The position numbers and the translations under genes are program-made. DNA of 64,000 nucleotides, from the sequence record PZ386970.1; one strand, written 5' to 3'. Under the pieces are notes generated by a model, which had not been told where the DNA came from, did not search any database, and saw only the letters and a program-made list of their open reading frames with translations. Positions 27,511 through 36,472 of this stretch are shown here, piece by piece. This stretch comes from a phage. Each line of letters starts with the position of its first letter. Position 1 is the stretch's first letter.

Positions 27511-27724
27511 AAGGAATTTCCTCATCGGTGGCAAGGTCATATTCGACCAATTGGATAGGCTCGTTAATACCATATCCACGTACAGTGATATCAGTTGTCG
27601 GATAGTTTCCAGTAATATCACCCGTTCTAAATGATTCAATGAATGATTGCTCGCCTGAGCAACTAAACCAGGCGGCAAAACATTTTAAAACATCTTCAGA
27701 CCCTTCTATAATCAATTTAGCCAT
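27500..27724 (-). CDS. hypothetical acidic protein (vs.5 position)
   Basis: 74 aa ORF. Confidence 0.35.
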   Translation of the reverse strand: MAKLIIEGSEDVLKCFAAWFSCSGEQSFIESFRTGDITGNYPTTDITVRGYGINEPIQLVEYDLATDEEIPYVD

Positions 27725-28086
27725 TATAGACTCTCAGTAAAGGTACGAGCGATAACGTCGCGCTGCTGTTCCGGAGTCAGAGAGTTAAAGCGAACTGCAT
27801 AACCGGATACACGGATGGTCAGCTGCGGATATTTTTCTGGATGCTTAACTGCATCTTCCAGAGTTTCACGACGCAGAACGTTAACGTTCAGGTGTTGTCC
27901 ACCTTCAATTTTAACTTTAGGTTGATGTTCAATTTCAATTTCACGGGCATTCAAACCGTAGAAAATTTCTGGGTCTACAATAGCGTCTTCTTTAAAAGTC
28001 TTAGAGACAATAATCCGGGCTTGAGTACCGTCTTCAAAATAAATAGTGCCTTTATGTGCACCTTCAAGAATTTGATATGCTTTCAT
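27724..28086 (-). CDS. autonomous glycyl radical cofactor GrcA/YfiD-like protein
   Basis: 120 aa; C-terminal [25 protein letters not shown] is the glycyl-radical signature of PFL/GrcA. Confidence 0.65.
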   Translation of the reverse strand: MKAYQILEGAHKGTIYFEDGTQARIIVSKTFKEDAIVDPEIFYGLNAREIEIEHQPKVKIEGGQHLNVNVLRRETLEDAVKHPEKYPQLTIRVSGYAVRFNSLTPEQQRDVIARTFTESL

Positions 28087-28092
28087 ATAACC

Positions 28093-28401
28093 TCAATTAG
28101 AAAATAAATTTATCCAAGTTTTTTCTTTAATCAAAAATGGGTCGGAATTAAACGCCATTAAACTTTGAGTGATTAATCCCTTAAATGGTCCATCAATAAA
28201 TTCCATTTTGAAATGCGGAATACTAGTCATCAACCGTGCATTAGGAGCAGTACAAAGAACCTGCTGCCCTGCGAACGGACCTTTAGTCAAACGATATCGT
28301 TTAGGTTTAAAATGGTAAATCTCGTAATTTTCTACAAGAGCCCTTTTATTGCATACTGGGCTGTTATAACAATATTCAAAAACTTCAATAGTGGTCATCA
28401 T
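28093..28401 (-). CDS. hypothetical protein (vs.7 position)
   Basis: 102 aa ORF. Confidence 0.4.
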   Translation of the reverse strand: MMTTIEVFEYCYNSPVCNKRALVENYEIYHFKPKRYRLTKGPFAGQQVLCTAPNARLMTSIPHFKMEFIDGPFKGLITQSLMAFNSDPFLIKEKTWINLFSN

Positions 28402-28937
28402 TGCATTCCAATCACAAAAAATTGAGGACGAGCATTACCGCCGATGCAATATTTGCTTTTGCAACAGTGTTGGACTGTTTTAATATGTACATTGTAAATC
28501 TTATCCATATCAGGAGCTTTAATAGGCTCGTCAATTATATACAGAATACGAGAAAGCGTTAATCCACGGAATTTAGAACCTTCATTGCCAATAAAACTAC
28601 GAACAGAATCAGTAAATAAACGGAATCGAATATCGTCGCTAGAATAACGAGAAAATTCTTTTTTAATGTTGCCAGCAGAAATTTTAGAATAAGCTGAAGT
28701 ATTAGAAAGAACAATAACTGTTCCACCGTCGTACAGCCAATTAACAGCAAAATTAGTTACTGCGGTCGATTTACCTGATTGTCTGCCGCCGTCTAAACGA
28801 AGTGTACAGTACTGCTTGAGTACGTCTTCAAATGGTGGGGCATAACCATTCTTACAAATTTCTTCTACTCTAGCATCAGAATGGTGTGTAAAAGCATTCA
28901 TCAGGGATAGATAAGGACCAGTTAAAAATGTTCTCAT
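28398..28937 (-). CDS. P-loop NTPase
   Basis: 179 aa; Walker A GGRQSGKST and Walker B-like ILYIIDEP. Confidence 0.5.
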   Translation of the reverse strand: MRTFLTGPYLSLMNAFTHHSDARVEEICKNGYAPPFEDVLKQYCTLRLDGGRQSGKSTAVTNFAVNWLYDGGTVIVLSNTSAYSKISAGNIKKEFSRYSSDDIRFRLFTDSVRSFIGNEGSKFRGLTLSRILYIIDEPIKAPDMDKIYNVHIKTVQHCCKSKYCIGGNARPQFFVIGMQ

Positions 28938-29115
28938 TTAGTTTCTCTTAAGGTTGGGGCCATTCCATGGCGCATGAATTGTCCATTTCTGTATTTACCC
29001 ATTACCGCACTTGGGCTCGACCTTATTACAGGTTGGTGGGAATCCCTCATAGAATCATGAGGTCCAGGTTGTTCCCATTTTATTTAAATGTAAATAGGCC
29101 TAAGTATCGGCCTTA

Positions 29116-29694
29116 TTAATTACCACGGGCTGCATTAGCAACGGCGTAAGCGTACTGAACATTAGCGTCTTTAAATGTACCTTTAGAGGTATCTATTTCC
29201 GCCTTAAAGCCGCCTTTAGCCATTACATCGGCAAATTCTTTACGGAAAGCCATTGCGTCAAGACCTTTCCATGATGATTTATGCTTGGCAAATTCAAGAC
29301 CAGCGTAGTTGACAGCCTTAGCTAATTTATTATCAATAACCCATTTACCTGCTTTAGGCACAAACTTCGGACCTTTTTGTTTAGAGAACAGTTTTAAATT
29401 CCAACGACGAAGGTCACTGTCGGCTTTAACAAAAGCTGCATCTAAGTTACTAGCAACAACATCTTCAATATGAGCAAATTTAAGTCCGTCAACTTCAATA
29501 TTTAGATCGTTACGCCAGCGTAGTCCTTCCCAAGCGAAGGCTTTAAAATCAGAAGCTTTTGTGGCTAGATATCGTTCAAGTGGAGCAGTTTTAGGGTCAA
29601 AGCCGTTTCCGCCACGATAATTCCACTCGTCCTTATTAATGCCTTGGACTTTTCCTGCAAAGGCCTCGGCGATAAATTCTTTATACGTTTTCAT
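29116..29694 (-). CDS. internal protein (IPIII-like) with capsid-targeting N-terminus
   Basis: 192 aa starting MKTYKEFIAE, the T4 internal-protein capsid-targeting/protease-cleavage sequence. Confidence 0.6.
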   Translation of the reverse strand: MKTYKEFIAEAFAGKVQGINKDEWNYRGGNGFDPKTAPLERYLATKASDFKAFAWEGLRWRNDLNIEVDGLKFAHIEDVVASNLDAAFVKADSDLRRWNLKLFSKQKGPKFVPKAGKWVIDNKLAKAVNYAGLEFAKHKSSWKGLDAMAFRKEFADVMAKGGFKAEIDTSKGTFKDANVQYAYAVANAARGN

Positions 29695-29720
29695 TTTTGT
29701 TCCTATTGATTTAATTTATG

Positions 29721-30035
29721 TTATTCTTTAGGGAAGTTTTTAGAGTATGCATCATAAAGTTTATTACCAATACGGCGGAAGACTTTAGCTGCAAAACGGT
29801 TTTCAGGGTTTTTAATCATGATTTGCATCATGTAAGTTCCTGCATCCGAAAGAGCTTCTTCATAGTACCCATTAATTTCTTTAAGAGTCCTACGTTTACC
29901 GCCAGGACCGTCAACAGTAATTTTCCATTTACCTGTAGAAGTGCGGCTCGGTGGCTCAACTTGTTCAATCCAAATATAACCACCTTCAACGCGTTGGTTG
30001 GCGGATTCTGCAATAAATTCTTTATACGTTTTCAT
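29721..30035 (-). CDS. internal protein-like (capsid-targeting N-terminus)
   Basis: 104 aa starting MKTYKEFIAE. Confidence 0.55.
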   Translation of the reverse strand: MKTYKEFIAESANQRVEGGYIWIEQVEPPSRTSTGKWKITVDGPGGKRRTLKEINGYYEEALSDAGTYMMQIMIKNPENRFAAKVFRRIGNKLYDAYSKNFPKE

Positions 30036-30065
30036 TTTTGTTTCCTTGTTTGTTTTGATAGAGTA

Positions 30066-30095
30066 ATTATACCATATTAATACTTAAGCGTAAAC
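30066..30095 (-). promoter_or_regulatory. T4-type early promoter
   Basis: Minus strand GTTTAC-18 nt-TATAAT. Confidence 0.45.
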
Positions 30096-30098
30096 AAT

Positions 30099-30359
30099 TT
30101 AAGCTTTACCGCCAGAAATAATTCCGAAGTTGTTAAAATCGTATCCAATATCGTCAACATCTACTTTAGGACTTACTACAACATAAGCAATTTCACTACG
30201 TTTTGCATAGGTGTTGATTTCTTTACCATCGCCACCCAAGAAAGAATACCCATTACGTTTTAATGAGCCAAAGTCTTCCGCATCACCAATGAAAGCTTTA
30301 ACTTTAAATTTATGACCTTTGGCATCTGCTTCAGTGATAAATTCTTGATACATTTTCAT
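30099..30359 (-). CDS. internal protein-like (IPII-like, capsid-targeting N-terminus)
   Basis: 86 aa starting MKMYQEFITE. Confidence 0.55.
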   Translation of the reverse strand: MKMYQEFITEADAKGHKFKVKAFIGDAEDFGSLKRNGYSFLGGDGKEINTYAKRSEIAYVVVSPKVDVDDIGYDFNNFGIISGGKA

Positions 30360-30365
30360 TTTTCC

Positions 30366-30779
30366 TTAGTAAATTGATTTACCATAGTATTTGTACCAAG
30401 TCGGACGTTGAGCAATTTTTTCATCTAAGCGTGCTTGACTTATCGCAATGGACGCTTCGGACGGGACATAATTATTACGAAATTCGGCAGGGATGTCGGA
30501 AATATCCTGGACAGTCGTGTCCTTGATTTTGAAACCACGTTTCAAGCATTCGGCGATTAGCTCGATTTGTCGTAAACGTAAAAATTCGAGTTTGTCGTAA
30601 AAGAATGTTACGTGACCTGTGCCTAAGATAAATGTTGGAGAGATTTTAAAATCCTTTACACGTTTACCGTTTTGAACATGTTTACGGACTGCACCAAATA
30701 CGCGTGGTAATTCACGATACTCGGCCATAAGATGTTGGTCGGTCAGTTCAGAAACAAGTGTTAAATTGATACGAGTCAT
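30366..30779 (-). CDS. denV: endonuclease V (pyrimidine-dimer DNA glycosylase, DenV)
   Basis: [34 protein letters not shown]... matches T4 endonuclease V along its length as recalled; start moved to MTRINL. Confidence 0.85.
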   Translation of the reverse strand: MTRINLTLVSELTDQHLMAEYRELPRVFGAVRKHVQNGKRVKDFKISPTFILGTGHVTFFYDKLEFLRLRQIELIAECLKRGFKIKDTTVQDISDIPAEFRNNYVPSEASIAISQARLDEKIAQRPTWYKYYGKSIY

Positions 30780-30806
30780 AATTTCCTCCAAGTAGTTGAT
30801 GAATGT

Positions 30807-30836
30807 ATAGTATCAAAACCCTTGGAGGAAGTAAAC
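30807..30836 (-). promoter_or_regulatory. T4-type early promoter
   Basis: Minus strand GTTTAC-18 nt-TACTAT upstream of denV. Confidence 0.45.
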
Positions 30837-30837
30837 A

Positions 30838-31119
30838 CTATTTTTCTGAAGCGCCTGAAATATATTTTTCAAGACGTTGTTTCATCAGCGAGCCGTTCTT
30901 AGCGATTTCTTCCGGTTTATCGCACATACGCAACAGTGCTTCAAGCTTAACGATATCACTGGTGCGCTCAAATTTGCGAGTATCTATCTTACTAGCAAGT
31001 TCAGAAATACGTGCTAATAGACTTTCGGCTTCGACCAAAGCTGCACCTAGCTTAGTTGCAAATGTGTCAGTAGCTTCGTTAAGAATAGATTCTGATAAAA
31101 ATTCACTATATGTTTTCAT
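30838..31119 (-). CDS. internal protein-like (capsid-targeting N-terminus)
   Basis: Start moved to [10 protein letters not shown]; helical 93 aa protein. Confidence 0.5.
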   Translation of the reverse strand: MKTYSEFLSESILNEATDTFATKLGAALVEAESLLARISELASKIDTRKFERTSDIVKLEALLRMCDKPEEIAKNGSLMKQRLEKYISGASEK

Positions 31120-31604
31120 ATATACGCTTTCCAAGTTCCTGTTTTAAATGTTGAGATTACGCGTTTCGCGCGATTGGGTGTCTGACGATACCATTTAGAT
31201 TGGGCTAGATTTACTGCCGCCTCGTCCCAACGTTTCTGTTGAAGCATACGAAGAGAATTAGTAAAACCGGCGACGCCTGCTACACCCATTTGGAAGACCA
31301 TATTGACCAGTGCACATCGACGAACCGCATCTAAAGAATCATACACCGGTTTAAGTTTAGCATTACCCAAGATTCCGCGAACGGCTTTATCAACGTCTTC
31401 ATTAAATAGCTTTTCAGCCTCATCAAGGGTAATTGTACCATTGCATTTACGACCGATCATTCTGTCAAGTTCAGCTTTAGCTACGGCTAAAGACGGGTTC
31501 TTTGTTACTAAATGGCCTATGCCAATCGTCCAAAAGCCTTCAGTGTCTTTGTATAAAGTCAGTCTAAGACCTTCGTCATTACGAAGCATTTCAAATATAT
31601 TCAT
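31116..31604 (-). CDS. e: endolysin (T4 lysozyme, gene e)
   Basis: [32 protein letters not shown]... matches T4 lysozyme as recalled, including the catalytic Glu and Asp. Confidence 0.9.
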   Translation of the reverse strand: MNIFEMLRNDEGLRLTLYKDTEGFWTIGIGHLVTKNPSLAVAKAELDRMIGRKCNGTITLDEAEKLFNEDVDKAVRGILGNAKLKPVYDSLDAVRRCALVNMVFQMGVAGVAGFTNSLRMLQQKRWDEAAVNLAQSKWYRQTPNRAKRVISTFKTGTWKAYI

Positions 31605-31638
31605 AATACCTCCCACGTTTATAGGAGGTATTTATTAC

Positions 31639-32097
31639 TTATAGGAGGGTAGTGAGCACCTTATATAATGATTTGCCCATTACATATTCCCATTGAGAAG
31701 GTTTAATTAAAGCGAATGCATCAAATTCAGGAATCTGTCGTCCGTCTGGGAATGTATGATAGGAATTACAAACACTGTTTCTGAATTGCTCGTGCTCTAC
31801 AGGGATGGTATATAGGAACAGATGAATATTCTTATTGTCTGAGTAATGATGTTCACCTAGGTCTTTCAGGAAGGCAGGGTCATATTGTGTAAACCCAGTT
31901 TCTTCTTCGCATTCGCGAATGGCGGCTTCAATAGGAGATTCGCCAGGTTCGACACGGCCTTTAGGAATATCCCACCGATGAGCTAAAGAACCTTTAGGAC
32001 GAGAACCAGTTACACGCCCCATGAATAATTCTTTATCTTCGGTAAGGAAAATAATACCGGCTGATAGTTCTTTTACTTTATTTTTCTTACTCATCAT
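31639..32097 (-). CDS. nudE: Nudix hydrolase NudE
   Basis: Nudix box GRVEPGESPIEAAIRECEEETGF; located next to e as in T4. Confidence 0.8.
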   Translation of the reverse strand: MMSKKNKVKELSAGIIFLTEDKELFMGRVTGSRPKGSLAHRWDIPKGRVEPGESPIEAAIRECEEETGFTQYDPAFLKDLGEHHYSDNKNIHLFLYTIPVEHEQFRNSVCNSYHTFPDGRQIPEFDAFALIKPSQWEYVMGKSLYKVLTTLL

Positions 32098-32338
32098 CTC
32101 GGTCCCATGATTTGGCCATTAATTCAGACATAAATTCTTCAATGCGCGTTTCTTTAGATGGACTTTCACTATTAGAGACCGCAAGTTTGTAATCTGCAAT
32201 AGGACAGAACATATCAAGGTCCATATTAAGGTCGTCTTTGATTTTTTCTTCTGACACATCTTTATCGTATGTGTACAGATAACTATCACATGATTCTGAT
32301 TTAATGTAAATTGCTATACTCATCTCAAATTCCTGCAT
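32087..32338 (-). CDS. hypothetical acidic protein
   Basis: 83 aa ORF. Confidence 0.35.
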   Translation of the reverse strand: MQEFEMSIAIYIKSESCDSYLYTYDKDVSEEKIKDDLNMDLDMFCPIADYKLAVSNSESPSKETRIEEFMSELMAKSWDRDDE

Positions 32339-32667
32339 TCAGTAATAAAACGTTCAACTTCGTTATTCTTGGCTTTTATCTTGTCTTTATGTTCTTGTAA
32401 ACTACTTTTAATAAGATTAATAATGATGGCGGCGGTACCGCCGCCAATGATGCCACCAACAACACTTATGATACTAGATGCTAATAAGATAGCAATAATA
32501 TCAACAAAACCGAAAGAACTCACCTTAGTACTAAAAAACCATACCGACGGTACAAATATAATCCATCCTGTTATCCATTGGCACTTATTGAAAAACTTTT
32601 CAAGCTCAGCTTGAGTTGTTCGTATTACTTCATCGATAGGTTGATATCCATTAATGTATCTATTCAT
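32320..32667 (-). CDS. membrane protein, FIKECR-tail family member
   Basis: 115 aa; two hydrophobic helices; C-terminus NNEVERFITECRNLR. Confidence 0.45.
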   Translation of the reverse strand: MNRYINGYQPIDEVIRTTQAELEKFFNKCQWITGWIIFVPSVWFFSTKVSSFGFVDIIAILLASSIISVVGGIIGGGTAAIIINLIKSSLQEHKDKIKAKNNEVERFITECRNLR

Positions 32668-32668
32668 A

Positions 32669-32974
32669 TTATTTTCCTCGACATTCTTTAATGAAATTTT
32701 CTAGATTGGTAGATTCAATAGCTTTTTTACGAGCTTCTGCATGTTCTTCTTCAGACAATTTACATTTATAATTAACCCAGACATTATGGTCAAAACTAGT
32801 CGTGGCATATAATAACAATGCTCCAACGAATAACAAAAACGGCGATAAGAATACAAAACCAGGAACACCATCCATATCGTAAGCCTTTTGTAATACTGCA
32901 ACAGAAAGGGCTGCGTAAAAAGGTGATGCAAATATTGTTAAAAGACCAATTCGGTTGGTTTCGCCTAATTTCAT
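32669..32974 (-). CDS. membrane protein, FIKECR-tail family member
   Basis: 101 aa; two hydrophobic helices; C-terminus NLENFIKECRGK. Confidence 0.45.
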   Translation of the reverse strand: MKLGETNRIGLLTIFASPFYAALSVAVLQKAYDMDGVPGFVFLSPFLLFVGALLLYATTSFDHNVWVNYKCKLSEEEHAEARKKAIESTNLENFIKECRGK

Positions 32975-33001
32975 AATATTCTCCTCATGTTTAATAGGAC
33001 T

Positions 33002-33031
33002 ACTATAACATAGTCCTATAATTGTGTAAAC
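33002..33031 (-). promoter_or_regulatory. T4-type early promoter inside palindrome
   Basis: Minus strand GTTTAC-18 nt-TATAGT; palindrome GGACTACTATAACATAGTCC. Confidence 0.45.
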
Positions 33032-33043
33032 AGTTTTGTGAAG

Positions 33044-34000
33044 TTATTTGAAAGGTTTTACCATATGGAAATTTTGTTTGAAACGTTTGACGTAATCATT
33101 TTTGCCGAGCTTATGATACATAGCCACTACTTCATAATAGTTCTCGTATGCGTACTCACGGAACCAACCGGAGGTGATGCTTGTACAGACTTTTTCTAAT
33201 GCCATCATGAAACTGGCTTCAGGGTTAATTTTAAAGTCATTAGGAATCTGAGAACGTTCAAGAGCTAGTACACATGCTTCTTCGTATACACCGGCCAATT
33301 TGACCATTTCTGGTAATGATTCGAACTTCTCGCGTGAGGTCATGACTTCAGAACCATCTTTCATGTAAAATGTATAAGCCGGACGGTCTGTTAGTGCAAT
33401 GGCTTCATGAATAGTATCATGGTCATATGTGTAGATGTCATCTTTAAAGAATGCGCTTTTAGAAGTGTCAAGAACTGGGTGAGCATAGTTCAAGGTTTCT
33501 TTCTGGCGTTTCAGCATAATTTCAGTAAGTTCATCATTCAGTGTAACACCTTTACCGCGAAGATACTGAATATGGTTCATAGTCTTTAAAAAGAATGGAT
33601 TATTTTTCTTGAAACGATGAGACATCTTAATTGCAAGACATATCTCAGGAGTTGCCCAGTAAAACCCGTTCAAACGGTCTTTAGTCAAATTTTTCTTGGC
33701 GTATTTTAAAAGGTCATAAGAAGACGTGAAATCTTCAGGAGTGAGTTCACCGACTAATTCACGGACATTAGTGATTGCCGGAACGATGTATGCTTCAAAA
33801 TGAGTTTCGCGTCCATTATGGAAGCATTTGAAAACTTGGACATCAGGGTTATCTTGGTGAACATATACGCCCATCATTTGATTTTTGAATGCATTCCAAG
33901 AACCTTGGTCCGCAATAAAGTCCCAGTCACTATTTTTGATAGCGCTAGAATCAATAAGACCGTGATAGTGAAGTGCACGAGAACCAATAACTAACATCAT
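33044..34000 (-). CDS. hypothetical protein
   Basis: 318 aa soluble ORF; no confident motif. Confidence 0.45.
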   Translation of the reverse strand: MMLVIGSRALHYHGLIDSSAIKNSDWDFIADQGSWNAFKNQMMGVYVHQDNPDVQVFKCFHNGRETHFEAYIVPAITNVRELVGELTPEDFTSSYDLLKYAKKNLTKDRLNGFYWATPEICLAIKMSHRFKKNNPFFLKTMNHIQYLRGKGVTLNDELTEIMLKRQKETLNYAHPVLDTSKSAFFKDDIYTYDHDTIHEAIALTDRPAYTFYMKDGSEVMTSREKFESLPEMVKLAGVYEEACVLALERSQIPNDFKINPEASFMMALEKVCTSITSGWFREYAYENYYEVVAMYHKLGKNDYVKRFKQNFHMVKPFK

Positions 34001-34025
34001 AATAATTTCCTCGAATTTAGATTAC

Positions 34026-34277
34026 TTAAATTTCACGACATGCGATATTATATTCATCCCAGAGGTCATCGTGTGAAGCCTCTACCAATGGAACGATTGT
34101 ACCGTTTATGTCTTCATTATAAGGGCAAATTGTACAGTGCGCATCTTCGAATCGGATGCCTTTGTGTTCAGATTTTTTATAACGCATATCGAATATCTTT
34201 GCAAACTTTTCACGAGTAATGGTTTTACCAACCACTTTGGTTCCGATACTTTCGTAATAAATCATTGTGGACTCCAT
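34026..34277 (-). CDS. hypothetical protein
   Basis: 83 aa ORF. Confidence 0.4.
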   Translation of the reverse strand: MESTMIYYESIGTKVVGKTITREKFAKIFDMRYKKSEHKGIRFEDAHCTICPYNEDINGTIVPLVEASHDDLWDEYNIACREI

Positions 34278-34293
34278 TTAATTTGATAGGACT

Positions 34294-34323
34294 ACTATAA
34301 CATAGCCCTATCTTGTTGTAAAC
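34294..34323 (-). promoter_or_regulatory. T4-type early promoter inside palindrome
   Basis: Minus strand GTTTAC-18 nt-TATAGT. Confidence 0.45.
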
Positions 34324-34327
34324 TGTT

Positions 34328-34525
34328 TTAGCAAGAATAACTAGATGATACCCAGCCTTGAACAGTAATACTATTGTGGGATAATGAGATCGCGTCCTGG
34401 AGATTCAGACCTGCGTTATCTTCAATCCATAATGTAACTTCTTCGCGTTCTTCTGTTGCAATTTGGAACAGGTTTTCCAGAGCAGCTACTGCCGTACGTA
34501 CAGCACAATCTAATTCACGAGACAT
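34328..34525 (-). CDS. small protein, GWVxSSxxC-tail family member
   Basis: 65 aa; C-terminus QGWVSSSYSC. Confidence 0.45.
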   Translation of the reverse strand: MSRELDCAVRTAVAALENLFQIATEEREEVTLWIEDNAGLNLQDAISLSHNSITVQGWVSSSYSC

Positions 34526-34534
34526 AATATTTCC

Positions 34535-34807
34535 TTAGCAAGTGTGAGAAGATGCAACCCAACCGCCATCTTCAAGGCTCAAGTTGTAGTCGTATTGGTG
34601 AACGTCGGCCCATTCAGGATTACCATGTTTAGTATGATGTTCAAGGTCGGCTTTAAGATAACCTGGTGAATGATAGGTTCCGCCCATACCATATGCCGGA
34701 TACAAATTAAACGTGGTGTTTTGTTTATCAGCAATTTCTTTGGCTGCCTCAATAGCTGCATAGATTTTTGCTACAGCTTCAGCCAGTTCAGTTTGTTCTT
34801 TAGACAT
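34535..34807 (-). CDS. small protein, GWVxSSxxC-tail family member
   Basis: 90 aa; C-terminus GGWVASSHTC. Confidence 0.45.
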   Translation of the reverse strand: MSKEQTELAEAVAKIYAAIEAAKEIADKQNTTFNLYPAYGMGGTYHSPGYLKADLEHHTKHGNPEWADVHQYDYNLSLEDGGWVASSHTC

Positions 34808-34816
34808 AATGATTCC

Positions 34817-35122
34817 TTAGCACAATGCAGAAGACGAAACCCAAGCACCTTCAGTAATAACGTAACCATTACCTTCACGCTTAACATCGCCACCATTATT
34901 TTCAATTTCATCTTTCATCCACTGGGATACGATTTCACCCTTAGGATAATAAGTACGACCGCTACCATAATCACCTACAGAAAATGATACGGCATATTGG
35001 TCTGCGATCTTTGTTGCTTCTTCTTCGATACGTTCAGCTTGATTCAGAAGTTTATAAATTGCATCTGAAGCAGATTTGGCATCATTAAACTCTGGTACTT
35101 TAATTTCAATAATCTTACTCAT
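34817..35122 (-). CDS. small protein, GWVxSSxxC-tail family member
   Basis: 101 aa; C-terminus GAWVSSSALC. Confidence 0.45.
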   Translation of the reverse strand: MSKIIEIKVPEFNDAKSASDAIYKLLNQAERIEEEATKIADQYAVSFSVGDYGSGRTYYPKGEIVSQWMKDEIENNGGDVKREGNGYVITEGAWVSSSALC

Positions 35123-35478
35123 TTTCTACATTCCTTAATAAAGTTTTCGATTGTTTCATTTTCACGTTTAGCTAGGAGTTCATTATAACTAATCATTTGA
35201 GAAGCGTAAACCTTTTTATTTTTCTTGTTATGGTTTATAAAATCGTAGTAAAAATAGACTACAGTACAAAATGATGCGATGGATGCAAAGGCTTGGGTAT
35301 ACCGTAAGTCCTGCCATTGGTCTGTGAATCCACTGGTATTCCCTATAAATCCTAACACAACTCCGTCAATAAGAAATCCAACTAATCCAAAGGCAAATCC
35401 CATGCCAATACTCATAATAAAAATTAGAATGTTCTCACCAAGAGAAGGCCATACGGTTAAGAGTTGAGGCTTTTGCAT
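35119..35478 (-). CDS. membrane protein, FIKECR-tail family member
   Basis: 119 aa; hydrophobic helices; C-terminus ETIENFIKECRK. Confidence 0.45.
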   Translation of the reverse strand: MQKPQLLTVWPSLGENILIFIMSIGMGFAFGLVGFLIDGVVLGFIGNTSGFTDQWQDLRYTQAFASIASFCTVVYFYYDFINHNKKNKKVYASQMISYNELLAKRENETIENFIKECRK

Positions 35479-35882
35479 CTTATTTCCTTAACGAATTCCA
35501 TAGCTTCTTCATATTCATATTTTTTAACAGCCTCGTCATATTGAGCTCTTGCTTTTGCACATTGAATTTTCCATTCGCGTACTCGAGCTCTGTGATGACG
35601 GCCTTGGTACCAATATCCTGCCCAATTAATAGGCATTAATAAAAACGGTACAATAAGTGGTGCGACGAACATTAATGAAAACGCTGCATCAGACGATATA
35701 ACTTTATTGGAATCTAAAACAGCTCCTATAATCATAAAGATTAAAAATGCTAAAGCTAAAATAGGACCAAACAACACTTCATTAGGAATTAATTTACGTT
35801 TGTATTCGTACGCCCAAGGCTTAATTGGCATGTATAGGGTTGGCTTTGACATATTCTCTACATTCCATAATAAATTGCTCAA
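35457..35882 (-). CDS. membrane protein, FIKECR-tail-related (start uncertain)
   Basis: Two transmembrane helices; C-terminal tail EEAMEFVKEIRCK; true start probably an internal Met (MPIKPW...). Confidence 0.4.
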   Translation of the reverse strand: MSNLLWNVENMSKPTLYMPIKPWAYEYKRKLIPNEVLFGPILALAFLIFMIIGAVLDSNKVISSDAAFSLMFVAPLIVPFLLMPINWAGYWYQGRHHRARVREWKIQCAKARAQYDEAVKKYEYEEAMEFVKEIRCKSLNS

Positions 35883-36423
35883 GGATTAAATTGTTAGTGA
35901 AATTAGGACTAACAACCATGGTTTCATAAAGCGCATCAATAGCACTTAAAGCATCAACTCTTTTAAGCAAAGGCTTGCCTTCATACATAGTTTCAGAATC
36001 AACGATTAAAGTGAAGTAGTATTTTTTATTATCGACTAGAACTTCTGTATCGATATAAAACATATTAGACCTCAGAAGTTTATCTCTAAAGCCTACATAA
36101 TCATCTGAACGTTCACTGATATATTCCCATTCGGTGTTTAAACAACAAACAGACCATGTAGGAGCAACGAAATCAGTGAATCTAATATCATGGTCTGCAA
36201 CTAGTTTAGCAATAGCTCCGATATCATGAATCATAATACCTGGGGCTAATAAAGATTTTCTACTATGGCTAGCCGTTTTCTCAGTAGTCTCATAAGAAGA
36301 CGACCAGTACCATTTACGTCCAGTTGCAACATATCGTAATGAATCAACTAAAGACGTAGGTGGATTTACCTTATCTCGGAACTCTTCGAACATTGAGTCA
36401 ATATCATTATTTTGGTTTCGCAT
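35821..36423 (-). CDS. soluble protein with FIMECR tail
   Basis: About 200 aa starting MRNQNNDIDS...; C-terminus LEQFIMECREYVKANPIHAN. Confidence 0.45.
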   Translation of the reverse strand: MRNQNNDIDSMFEEFRDKVNPPTSLVDSLRYVATGRKWYWSSSYETTEKTASHSRKSLLAPGIMIHDIGAIAKLVADHDIRFTDFVAPTWSVCCLNTEWEYISERSDDYVGFRDKLLRSNMFYIDTEVLVDNKKYYFTLIVDSETMYEGKPLLKRVDALSAIDALYETMVVSPNFTNNLILEQFIMECREYVKANPIHAN

Positions 36424-36440
36424 GTTAACTCCTTTATTAT

Positions 36441-36464
36441 CCAAAAGGAGGACCGGAGTCCTCC
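36441..36464 (-). terminator. rho-independent terminator
   Basis: Minus strand GGAGGAC-UCCG-GUCCUCC followed by UUUUGG, immediately after the stop at 36473. Confidence 0.55.
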
Positions 36465-36472
36465 GTATTATT

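Noticed and set aside
33044-34000. Possible second nucleotidyltransferase (GS...SDWD near the N-terminus of the 318 aa protein).
   Set aside because: Spacing between the GS and the acidic pair is about 19 residues, outside the usual 9-13, and no third carboxylate strand was evident; left as hypothetical.
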